NCBI GenBank assembly: GCA_039917855.1
Contig: JBDSIR010000107.1
Location: 1-63,558, forward strand
Direction of reading: 5' to 3'
Length of the DNA stretch: 63,558 nt
Origin: Gemmatimonadales bacterium
GTDB lineage: Bacteria; Gemmatimonadota; Gemmatimonadetes; Gemmatimonadales; GWC2-71-9
Below are positions 56,602-63,558 of this stretch, one piece after another. Numbering within the stretch: the first letter of the stretch is position 1; each line of letters starts with the position of its first letter. The notes beneath the pieces are model-generated. The model did not search any database. It was not told the origin of the DNA and saw only the letters and a program-made list of their open reading frames with translations. Both the position numbers and the translations under genes were made by a program.

Positions 56602-57126
56602 TTATCTCAACCTGACGTACAACCACCGATCCCCGACCTCTCCCTCCTTGATCATCGCGCGACGGTTGGTCGCCTCGAGGATGTAGCCCGCCTTCTCCAG
56701 TACCCGCGCGCTCGCCGGGTTCCAGCTGAACACACTCGCCTGCACTCGCACGAAGTCGAAATGTGCGAACAGGTGCGATGTCACCGCCTGCACCGCCTCC
56801 GTGGTGATCCCTTTCCCCCAGTGGGCCTGGCCCAGCCAATAGCCGAGCTCGGCGCCGACGCGGAAGACGTCGGCGAGGGGTTCGAAAGAGATCCCGCCCA
56901 CCGCCGCACCATCGACATCGATCACGAAGTTCGTCCCCGGCGGCACTGATACGACGAAGGCGAGCCATTCTCGCGCGTCCTTCAGCGTGTAGGGATGCGG
57001 GAAGCGGTCGCGCATGTTGCGCCACACCTCCCGGTCGTTGGCATGCAGCGCCAGCGACTCGGCGTCCCCGCGCCGCCAGGGGCGGAGGAGGGCGTGGGAA
57101 AGCTGGATCTCGGTCGGGATGGTCAT
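56602..57126 (-). CDS. GNAT-family N-acetyltransferase (RimJ/RimL-like)
   Basis: ORF 56602-57126(-). Motifs LRPWRRGDAESL, GYWLGQAHWGKGITTEA, NPASARVLEKAGY. Confidence 0.85.
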   Translation of the reverse strand: MTIPTEIQLSHALLRPWRRGDAESLALHANDREVWRNMRDRFPHPYTLKDAREWLAFVVSVPPGTNFVIDVDGAAVGGISFEPLADVFRVGAELGYWLGQAHWGKGITTEAVQAVTSHLFAHFDFVRVQASVFSWNPASARVLEKAGYILEATNRRAMIKEGEVGDRWLYVRLR

Positions 57127-57131
57127 GTCAG

Positions 57132-57295
57132 GCGCGCGAACCCATGATGGACCGAATCCATGAGGCCCCGCTCTTGGCTGGATATGCCAAGCCGGTCTTG
57201 GGAGCAGGACGCATATTCATGAATTCGCAATGAATTATCGATAGTCGCGCGCATCACGGAGCATCGTGGGTTCGGTCCATCTTGGGTTCGCGCGC
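57132..57295. mobile_element. 164-bp MITE-like element with the same 31-nt terminal inverted repeats as 32640-32879
   Basis: GCGCGCGAACCCATGATGGACCGAATCCATG at 57132-57162, and CGTGGGTTCGGTCCATCTTGGGTTCGCGCGC at 57265-57295 (3 mismatches between the arms). AT-richer interior with the palindrome ATTCATGAATTCGCAATGAAT. Confidence 0.6.
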
Positions 57296-57428
57296 TCAAG
57301 GACCCTTGTGCGGCACAGGGGTGGGCCATTGGTGTAACTGAGCCGTACACCGTACCGTATATAGTATCCGTTGCCGTCTGTGTTTGGGTTCCTGCTCCTG
57401 CAGATCTCACCGCATCCAGGGAGTCGTC

Positions 57429-58994
57429 ATGTCCCGATCCTTTCGTTCGGCCGCCATGGCATTCGCGCTCTTGCTCGGCGCGCGTGCCGCCGGTGCCCAG
57501 ACCCTCGCCGTCGATGATCCCGTCCTCCGCGCCATCTGGGCGCAGGGCATGGACAGCTCTCAGGCCTACACCCTTGCCCAGGCGCTGATGGACTCGATCG
57601 GTCCCCGTCTCAATGGTTCGCCGGCACACCGCTCGGCCAACGAATGGGCGGTGGCGCGCCTCCGGGGCTGGGGCGTCGAGGCTCGCAATGAGCAGTATGG
57701 TACCTGGCGCAGCTGGCGCCGTGGCATCACCCACCTGGCCCTGACCCGCCCGCGCGTGCGTTCGCTCGAGGCCACGATGCTCGCCTGGAGTCCCGGTGTC
57801 CGCGGCAAGGTGGAGGCCCGCGTCACCCTCCTCCCCGCGGCGACCGACTCGGTCGCGCTGGCGCAGTGGGCCGCGCAGAACAAGGACGCCTTCGTCCTCA
57901 CGTCCTACGCGCAACCGACCTGTCGTCCCGACTCGAGCTACCGGCAATTCGCCCGTCCCGAGACCTGGGACCGGATGACCGCCGAGCGGACCAGGGCGCG
58001 CGATGCCTGGACCGCTAGGGTCACCGCGATGGGTGGGACCGCGGTGGTCCAGCGTGTGCTCGACCGCGCGGGAGTGAAGGGGATCCTCGCCAATAGCTGG
58101 TCGCAGGGGTGGGGCGTGGACAAGATATTCGGCACCCGCGTCGAGAAGGTGCCGGCGCTCGACGTGTCGTGCGAGGACTACGGTCTCCTCTTCCGGCTGG
58201 CGGAGCGGAATCAGGGTCCGACCGTTCGTCTCGAGGCCGAGGCGGAGATGCAGGGGGAGATGCCGGTATCCAACACCATCGGCACCATGCGGGGCACCAC
58301 CAAGCCCGACGAGATCGTGATGTTCTCGGCCCACTACGACTCGTGGGACGCCGGCTCCGGTGCGACCGACAATGGCACGGGGAGCGTCGTGATGCTCGAG
58401 GCGATGCGGATCCTGCGCGCGGTGTACCCACGTCCCGCGCGCACGATCATGATCGGGCTCTGGGGCGGCGAGGAGCAGGGACTCAACGGCTCACGCGCCT
58501 ACGCGGCCGATCATCCTGAAGTGGTGAATGGTCTCCAGGCCCTCTTCAACCAGGACAACGGCACCGGACGAGTGGAGAATATCGGGATGTCGGGGCTGGT
58601 GGGCCCGGAAGGACCGTGGGCCCACTGGATCGCGCGGCTGCCATCGGAAGTATCCCGCGACCTGAAGTTCTCGGCCCCGGGGATCCCTGGCGGCGGCGGC
58701 ACCGATCACGCCTCGTTCGTCTGCTACGCGGCGCCGGCGTTCGGGCTGGGCTCGCTCAATTGGGAATACTTCCTGTACACCTGGCACACCAATCGCGACA
58801 CCTTCGACAAGGTGGTGTTCGACGAGATCCGGAACAACGCCGTGCTGGTGGCATCTCTGGCGTACCTGGCCAGCGAGTATCCGGAGAAGCTCGAGCGGAT
58901 GCGCCGGGTGATGCCGGTCGGGCGCGACGGCCAGCAGACCACCTGGCCGGTCTGCACGACGCCGGCGCGGGCGTCGAGCGAGTCGACGCGATAG
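57429..58994 (+). CDS. M28-family metallopeptidase (aminopeptidase-like), secreted
   Basis: Frame of ORF 57384-58994. ATG 57429 is preceded by GGGAG. Signal peptide MSRSFRSAAMAFALLLGARAAGAQ. Zinc-ligand contexts FSAHYDSWDAGSGATDNGTGS, GLWGGEEQGLNGS and TDHASF. Confidence 0.85.
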   Translation: MSRSFRSAAMAFALLLGARAAGAQTLAVDDPVLRAIWAQGMDSSQAYTLAQALMDSIGPRLNGSPAHRSANEWAVARLRGWGVEARNEQYGTWRSWRRGITHLALTRPRVRSLEATMLAWSPGVRGKVEARVTLLPAATDSVALAQWAAQNKDAFVLTSYAQPTCRPDSSYRQFARPETWDRMTAERTRARDAWTARVTAMGGTAVVQRVLDRAGVKGILANSWSQGWGVDKIFGTRVEKVPALDVSCEDYGLLFRLAERNQGPTVRLEAEAEMQGEMPVSNTIGTMRGTTKPDEIVMFSAHYDSWDAGSGATDNGTGSVVMLEAMRILRAVYPRPARTIMIGLWGGEEQGLNGSRAYAADHPEVVNGLQALFNQDNGTGRVENIGMSGLVGPEGPWAHWIARLPSEVSRDLKFSAPGIPGGGGTDHASFVCYAAPAFGLGSLNWEYFLYTWHTNRDTFDKVVFDEIRNNAVLVASLAYLASEYPEKLERMRRVMPVGRDGQQTTWPVCTTPARASSESTR

Positions 58995-59000
58995 TCGTTC

Positions 59001-59093
59001 GAGGGAGGAGGGTATGATGGTAGGAAGGTAGGAAGCGGGCCCTGCACGGGCGCCACCTCATACCTTCTTCCCTTCCTACCCTCCTACCCCCTC
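59001..59093. repeat. STR-armed hairpin (GGTAGGAAG units)
   Basis: GAGGGAGGAGGGTATGATGGTAGGAAGGTAGGAAG at 59001-59035, versus CATACCTTCTTCCCTTCCTACCCTCCTACCCCCTC at 59059-59093. Confidence 0.8.
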
Positions 59094-59135
59094 TCGTGAG
59101 TATCTTCTGCCCCGTTCCCTCATCCGAGACGGTAC

Positions 59136-60065
59136 GTGCGTCAGGCCCTGCTCTGGCTCTCCCATCAGCAGTCGATATTCCGGTTCGTCCGGAGCAACCC
59201 GCTGGCGAAGCACTTCGCCTCCCGCTTCGTCGCGGGGGAGACGCTGGACACCGCCGTCGCGGCGGTGAAGGAACTCAACGCCCGGCGCATCACCGCCTCC
59301 CTCGACCTCCTGGGCGAGAGCGTCACGAAGCCCGAGGAGGCGCTCGCCGCCCGCGATGAATATCTCCGGATGCTCGACCGCATCGCCGCCGATGGGGTGA
59401 ACGCCAACGTCTCGGTGAAGCTCACCCAGATGGGGCAGGACATCTCCGAGGCGGCGTTGCGCGAGAATGCCTTCGCCATCCTCGCCCGCGCCAAGCAGCA
59501 CAACACCTTCGTGCGATTCGACATGGAGGGCACGCCGTACACCGACCGCACGCTCGACTTCTTCACCCACGAATGCGTCCCGCAATACGGGGCGCACTGC
59601 GGCGTCGTGATCCAGTCGATGCTCCGCCGGAGTCCAGGCGACATCGATCGGCTGATCGGGATGAAGGCGCGGGTCCGGCTCTGCAAGGGGGCCTATCTCG
59701 AGTCGGCGGAGCACGCCTTCCCCGCCAAGCGCGACGTCGACGCCCAGTACGTCGCCCTCATGAAGCAGCTCATGACCGAGGGGAACTACCCCGGTCTCGC
59801 GACCCACGACGAGCGGATCATCGCCGAGGCCAAGACATTCGCGACGGCCAACCGCATCGCCCCCGACCGGTTCGAGTTCCAGATGCTCTACGGGGTGCGG
59901 CGCGACCTGCAGGAGAAGCTCCGCGCCGAGGGGTGGAACGTCCGGGTCTATATCCCGTTCGGAACGCAATGGTATCCCTATCTGATGCGGCGCCTGGCCG
60001 AGCGTCCGGCCAATATCGCCTTCATCATGGGGAACGTCGTCCGGGAGGCGGTCGGAGGTCGGTGA
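59136..60065 (+). CDS. Proline dehydrogenase (monofunctional PutA-like)
   Basis: ORF 59136-60065(+), GTG start. Motifs ASLDLLGE, VSVKLTQMG, RLCKGAY, ATHDE, FQMLYGVR. Confidence 0.9.
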   Translation: MRQALLWLSHQQSIFRFVRSNPLAKHFASRFVAGETLDTAVAAVKELNARRITASLDLLGESVTKPEEALAARDEYLRMLDRIAADGVNANVSVKLTQMGQDISEAALRENAFAILARAKQHNTFVRFDMEGTPYTDRTLDFFTHECVPQYGAHCGVVIQSMLRRSPGDIDRLIGMKARVRLCKGAYLESAEHAFPAKRDVDAQYVALMKQLMTEGNYPGLATHDERIIAEAKTFATANRIAPDRFEFQMLYGVRRDLQEKLRAEGWNVRVYIPFGTQWYPYLMRRLAERPANIAFIMGNVVREAVGGR

Positions 60066-60379
60066 GCGAGGTCACCCTCGGCGGCTACATGGCCAAGCAC
60101 GCGCGTTCCGCGGCATTCGGCGGGAACGACGGGCGGGCCTATTCGGTGGGACTCTGGATCGACGACACGGCGGACGAGCGAGGCCGGTTCGGGGCCGCGC
60201 TCGTCTTCGTCCGTTGGGATCCCAATGGCGAGCGCCCCGATGGGCACGTGGAGACCGAGTATCTCGCCTGGGGCGTCACCCCCGGGGAGGCCGAGGAGCG
60301 GATCAAGGCGCTGTCGCTCTTCGACGTGAAGGCGGCGCTCGACGAGGCCATCAACGCGCGGGCGCCCGAGGGATGGTGA
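60062..60379 (+). CDS. Hypothetical protein (about 96-105 aa)
   Basis: Frame of ORF 59573-60379. GTG 60062 lies within a GTGA overlap with the PRODH stop (alternative ATG 60089). Its stop overlaps the rsgA start. Coding-like composition. Confidence 0.5.
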   Translation: MSEVTLGGYMAKHARSAAFGGNDGRAYSVGLWIDDTADERGRFGAALVFVRWDPNGERPDGHVETEYLAWGVTPGEAEERIKALSLFDVKAALDEAINARAPEGW

Positions 60380-61284
60380 CCCTCCCGCGCACCGGCGTCG
60401 TGCTCGAGCGTGAGGGCGGGCAATTCCGGATCGCGACCGCGACCGGCGAGGTGCGGGCGGTGCTTCGCGGCAAGGCCAAGCGCGGCACCGAGCAGGTCAT
60501 CGTGGGCGACCGGGTGCGGCTCGAAGCCGAGCCGCAGGGCGACCTGTACGGCATCGAAGGGATCGAGCCGCGGCGCTCGCTGCTTGAACGACGTGTGCCG
60601 ATGGGGCGGGGTGCCCGCCCGGTAGCGGCGAACATCGATCGCGTGGTGGTGATGACGGCGGCGGCGCGCCCCGATCCGATCCCTTCGCTCATCGATCGGC
60701 TGCTCGTGGTCGCGGCCGCCAATGACCTCGCCGCCGCGCTGGTGATCAACAAGATCGACCTCGATCCCGGCACCGCGCTGGCCGAGCGGTACGTCAATGC
60801 CGGCTACGAGGTAATCCGGGTCAGTGTGAAGAGCGGCGAAGGACTCGAGGCGGTCCGGGCGATGCTCGCCGGACGCGAGTCGGTGATCACCGGGCCGAGC
60901 GGGGCGGGGAAGTCGAGCCTCCTGAATGCGCTCGAACCGGGACTCACGCTCCGCACCGGGGTGGTCAGCGAGAAGATCGGGCGCGGCAAGCAGACCACCG
61001 TCGGCGCGGTGATGATCCCGTTCGCCGCCGGCGGTTTTCTGGTGGATACCCCCGGCTTCAGCGAAGTGGGCCTCTGGGGGATCGTCCCGCGCGAGCTCGC
61101 CGCCTGCTTCCCCGAATTCCGTACCCTCCTCGACCGCTGCCGGTTCCAAGATTGCAGCCACACCCACGAACCGGGGTGCGCCATCCAGGGCGCCGCCGAT
61201 GCGGGACACGTGCACCCCGACCGCCTGGCGAGCTATCGCACGCTGCTCGCGGAGCTGGAGGGGGAACCCAAGGACTGGGAGTGA
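60373..61284 (+). CDS. rsgA: Ribosome small-subunit-dependent GTPase A
   Basis: Frame of ORF 60214-61284. ATG 60373. Motifs VINKIDL and GPSGAGKSSLLNAL. Zinc knuckle CRFQDCSHTHEPGCA. Confidence 0.9.
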   Translation: MVTLPRTGVVLEREGGQFRIATATGEVRAVLRGKAKRGTEQVIVGDRVRLEAEPQGDLYGIEGIEPRRSLLERRVPMGRGARPVAANIDRVVVMTAAARPDPIPSLIDRLLVVAAANDLAAALVINKIDLDPGTALAERYVNAGYEVIRVSVKSGEGLEAVRAMLAGRESVITGPSGAGKSSLLNALEPGLTLRTGVVSEKIGRGKQTTVGAVMIPFAAGGFLVDTPGFSEVGLWGIVPRELAACFPEFRTLLDRCRFQDCSHTHEPGCAIQGAADAGHVHPDRLASYRTLLAELEGEPKDWE

Positions 61285-61285
61285 C

Positions 61286-61397
61286 GGTGGTAGGAGAGGG
61301 TAAGAGCAGGTAGGAAGGTAGGAAGTGAAGAGGGTAGGAAGCTCGCTCCGCGCCGAACGAGCTTCCTACCCTCTCCTACCTTCTTCCCTTCCTACCC
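61286..61397. repeat. STR-armed hairpin (GGTAGGAAG units, same unit as 59001-59093)
   Basis: Left arm 61286-61345 ends GGTAGGAAGCTCG. Loop is ctccgcgccgaa. Right arm 61358-61397 is CGAGCTTCCTACCCTCTCCTACCTTCTTCCCTTCCTACCC. Confidence 0.85.
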
Positions 61398-61709
61398 TTT
61401 GCGCGTCCACCTCTCCTTATCACGATGCTCGACCTTCGCCATCATCCGGTCGAACGCCTGCTGGAGGTCGATCCCCTCGCGGTTGGCCATTCAGATCAGC
61501 ACGAAGAGGATGTCGGCCATCTCCATGCCGAGATCCCCCTCCGCCTCATCCTTCTTCTTGGTCTTCTGCCCGAACCGGTGGTTGACCTCGCGCGCCAGTT
61601 CGCCGACCTCTTCCGCCAGCCGCGCCATGTTGGTCAGAGGGTCGAAGTATCCCTCCTCGAATTGCGCGATCCAGGCATCCACCCGGGCTTGGGACTCCTT
61701 CAGCGACAT
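61392..61709 (-). pseudogene. YpjD/MazG-like nucleotide pyrophosphohydrolase interrupted by an in-frame TGA (61491-61493)
   Basis: ATG at 61707-61709. 72 codons (..GELAREVNHRFG..MEMADILFVLI), then TGA. The same frame continues MANREGIDLQQAFDRMMAKVEHRDKERWTRKG to TAG 61392-61394. Total length (~105 aa) and both halves match the small MazG/YpjD family as I recall it. Confidence 0.7.
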
Positions 61710-61717
61710 CGCGTCGG

Positions 61718-62050
61718 TCAATCCACGCTCTGTCGCGAAAGGTGCCACCGTTCCACCCGTTCCTGGATGTCGGTCGGACGGGTGAAGAGCACCTTGCCGG
61801 TGGGCGAGACGACGATCGTGGCGGAGGTGACCCCGGGGACCTTCCCGCCTCGGTAGCTGAAGACCCACGCCCGCGGCTTGCCCGGGAGCGAGTCGTAGCC
61901 CTGCCAATGCAGTTTGACATGCCTGGCGCCGAGCGGGTCTTCGATGCCGACGATCTTGCCCTGCGCGAAATACGCCGCGGCATAGGACCCGCCGGTGGCG
62001 ATGCTGCCGAAGAGCGCCACCAGGAATAGGAACTTGAGAAGCTTGCCCAT
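61718..62050 (-). CDS. Hypothetical membrane-anchored protein (110 aa)
   Basis: ORF 61718-62050(-). N-terminal TM helix LKFLFLVALFGSIATGGSYAAAYF. Lies 8 nt upstream of the MazG-like start. Confidence 0.6.
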   Translation of the reverse strand: MGKLLKFLFLVALFGSIATGGSYAAAYFAQGKIVGIEDPLGARHVKLHWQGYDSLPGKPRAWVFSYRGGKVPGVTSATIVVSPTGKVLFTRPTDIQERVERWHLSRQSVD

Positions 62051-62154
62051 GGTACTCGACGGGAAGGGGACGGGAGGATAATGCCTGCGAGCCGGGTGCG
62101 GGGCAACTCCGCCCCTTCCCGTCCCCCTACCCGCCGTTAGCTTCCGAGGACCCC

Positions 62155-62424
62155 TTGGCCATCCCGATCCTTCCGGTCATCATGCGCCCACGCGACGCCA
62201 TACTCGGCAATCTCGAGTCCATCTATCAGTCCTCTTTCGATGCGGCCAAGAAGGCGACCCAGCCGCGCCGAATGGAGGAACTGGACAACGGCTACCAGCG
62301 CGATCAGCTGATGATGGAGGTCCTCCTCGACGTGCGCGACCTGCTCGCGCGCCAGCCGGCCGCCCCCCCAGGGCAAAGCGTCCTCGATCAGCTCGAGGCG
62401 CTCCGCCGTCTCGCCGCCCGCTGA
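62155..62424 (+). CDS. Hypothetical small protein
   Basis: ORF 62155-62424(+), with an alternative start at 62182. Helical, Gln/Glu/Leu-rich. No motif recognised. Confidence 0.45.
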   Translation: MAIPILPVIMRPRDAILGNLESIYQSSFDAAKKATQPRRMEELDNGYQRDQLMMEVLLDVRDLLARQPAAPPGQSVLDQLEALRRLAAR

Positions 62425-62449
62425 CTCCTCTGCGATCATAGGCTTCTTC

Positions 62450-63558
62450 ATGCCGTCCTTCGTGCGTCGTGCGTCCTGCGCCATCCTCGCCGCGGTCGTC
62501 GGTGCGTGCTCTCCGGCCGCGCCCACGGCCTCGATCGTCATCTTCGGCAAGGTGTGGACCGGCGACCCCGCGCATCCCACCGCCACGGCGATCGCCGTCG
62601 CGGGCGATACCGTCCTCGCCGTGGGCGACAGCGCCGACGTGGCAGCCTGGGTCGGCCGCGGGACCGAAGTGATCCACGCGCCAGGCCTCGTGGTCCCCGG
62701 CTTCACCGACGGTCATTCACACTTCATCGACGGCGGATTCCAGCTCGCCTCGATCGACCTGCGCGATGCGCGCACCCCCGAGGAATTCGTCCGGCGCATC
62801 GCCGACCACGCCCGGAGGATGCCCAAGGGGAGCTGGATCCTGGGCGGTGACTGGGATCATGAGTGGTGGCCCGGCGGCCCGCTCCCGACCCGCGCGATGA
62901 TCGACTCGGTCACACCCGACAATCCGGTCTGGATCAGCCGGCTCGACGGCCACATGGCGCTGGCCAACACCGCCGCGCTCCGCATCGCGGGCGTCACCCG
63001 CGATTCCCGGCAGCCCGTCGGCGGCGTCATTGTCCGTGACGCCCGCGGCGAGCCGACGGGGATCTTCAAGGACAACGCGATGGCGCTGGTGTACCCGTCG
63101 ATCCCGGCGCGCACCCCCGAAGAGACCGACAGCGCCCTCACCCGGGCGATGCGCTACGCCGCGTCGCTCGGCGTTACCAGCACCGCGCACGTCTCCGCCG
63201 GGTGGGGCGATTTGGCGGCCTATCGCCGGCTCGACGCAATGGGGTCGATGACCACCCGCGTCACGGTCTTCCCGCCCCTCGAGGAATGGAAGGCGGTGGC
63301 CGACACCATCGCCCGCGCCGGCCGGGGCGATGCCTGGGTGCGGATCCAGGGCGTGAAGGGGTACGTCGACGGATCGCTGGGTTCCACCACCGCGCTGCTC
63401 TATGGCACCTACCTCGACGACCGGAGCTCGCACGGCCAGCAAGTCACCTCGACCGCCGACCTGCGGTCGTGGATCAGCAGCGCCGATTCGGCCGGACTCC
63501 AGGTGGCGGTCCACGCCATCGGCGACAGCGCCAATGGGCTCCTGCTCACCATCTATGA
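62450..63558 (+). CDS. Amidohydrolase-family (YtcJ-like, Amidohydro_3) lipoprotein, 3'-truncated by the window edge
   Basis: Not in the supplied ORF track because there is no stop within the window. My own translation from ATG 62450 gives MPSFVRRASCAILAAVVGACSPA.. (lipobox), PGFTDGHSHFIDGG, LDGHMALANTAALRIAG, GYVDGSLGSTTALL, VAVHAIGD. The frame stays open to 63558. Confidence 0.85.
   Translation, partial: MPSFVRRASCAILAAVVGACSPAAPTASIVIFGKVWTGDPAHPTATAIAVAGDTVLAVGDSADVAAWVGRGTEVIHAPGLVVPGFTDGHSHFIDGGFQLASIDLRDARTPEEFVRRIADHARRMPKGSWILGGDWDHEWWPGGPLPTRAMIDSVTPDNPVWISRLDGHMALANTAALRIAGVTRDSRQPVGGVIVRDARGEPTGIFKDNAMALVYPSIPARTPEETDSALTRAMRYAASLGVTSTAHVSAGWGDLAAYRRLDAMGSMTTRVTVFPPLEEWKAVADTIARAGRGDAWVRIQGVKGYVDGSLGSTTALLYGTYLDDRSSHGQQVTSTADLRSWISSADSAGLQVAVHAIGDSANGLLLTIY

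Noticed and set aside
62717-63514. 265-aa minus-strand ORF at the right edge
   Set aside because: It is antisense to the amidohydrolase gene that I translated manually. It has low-complexity G/R/A/D/P composition.

Overview
63.6-kb, visibly very GC-rich, gene-dense bacterial chromosomal segment. The organism is a diderm (Omp85/BamA-like, TonB and TolB-like genes). The gene repertoire resembles high-GC soil lineages such as Gemmatimonadota, but that is inference only.

I support 53 intact-looking protein genes. One of these is a partial gene at the right edge that is absent from the supplied ORF track. There are also 2 probably disrupted genes and one tRNA-Cys(GCA). I found no rRNA, no CRISPR and no transposase, integrase or phage genes. 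Many long ORFs in the track are antisense or out-of-frame shadows typical of high GC. Many adjacent genes are joined by GTGA/ATGA start-stop overlaps.

Housekeeping blocks:
- tkt-tal-DAACS transporter
- a Kgd/OdhA-type E2-E1 fused 2-oxoglutarate dehydrogenase
- glpD
- fadI-fadJ, coupled to a TMEM175-like channel gene
- proline dehydrogenase and rsgA
- a CopC-CopD-Sco1-PCuAC-CtaG copper-delivery cluster

Most interesting blocks:
1. 102-7787: an overlap-coupled operon of a CheY-like receiver, a 1165-aa membrane-anchored HEAT solenoid, a processive QxxRW GT2 synthase and a REC-DHp-pseudoREC protein. A REC-HD-GYP gene lies next to it. I consider this a candidate uncharacterised, phosphorelay/c-di-GMP-wired exopolysaccharide system.
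2. 7941-12740: a four-gene overlap-coupled envelope operon centred on a zinc-ribbon/PEGA Ser/Thr kinase.
3. A pervasive family of intergenic palindromes whose arms are locus-specific short tandem repeats. Several enclose a conserved REP-like core. The family includes a 197-bp tandem duplication and two elements bounded by 31-nt terminal inverted repeats.
4. 45055-50273: three paralogous LivK-like binding proteins coupled to a hybrid histidine kinase, one of them frameshifted.
5. A YpjD/MazG-like gene with an in-frame TGA at a position where, from my recall of homologues, there is a Cys.
6. Three RCC1-repeat lipoprotein paralogues plus an ankyrin protein.

All functional calls rest on motifs I can read in the translations. 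No database search was run.
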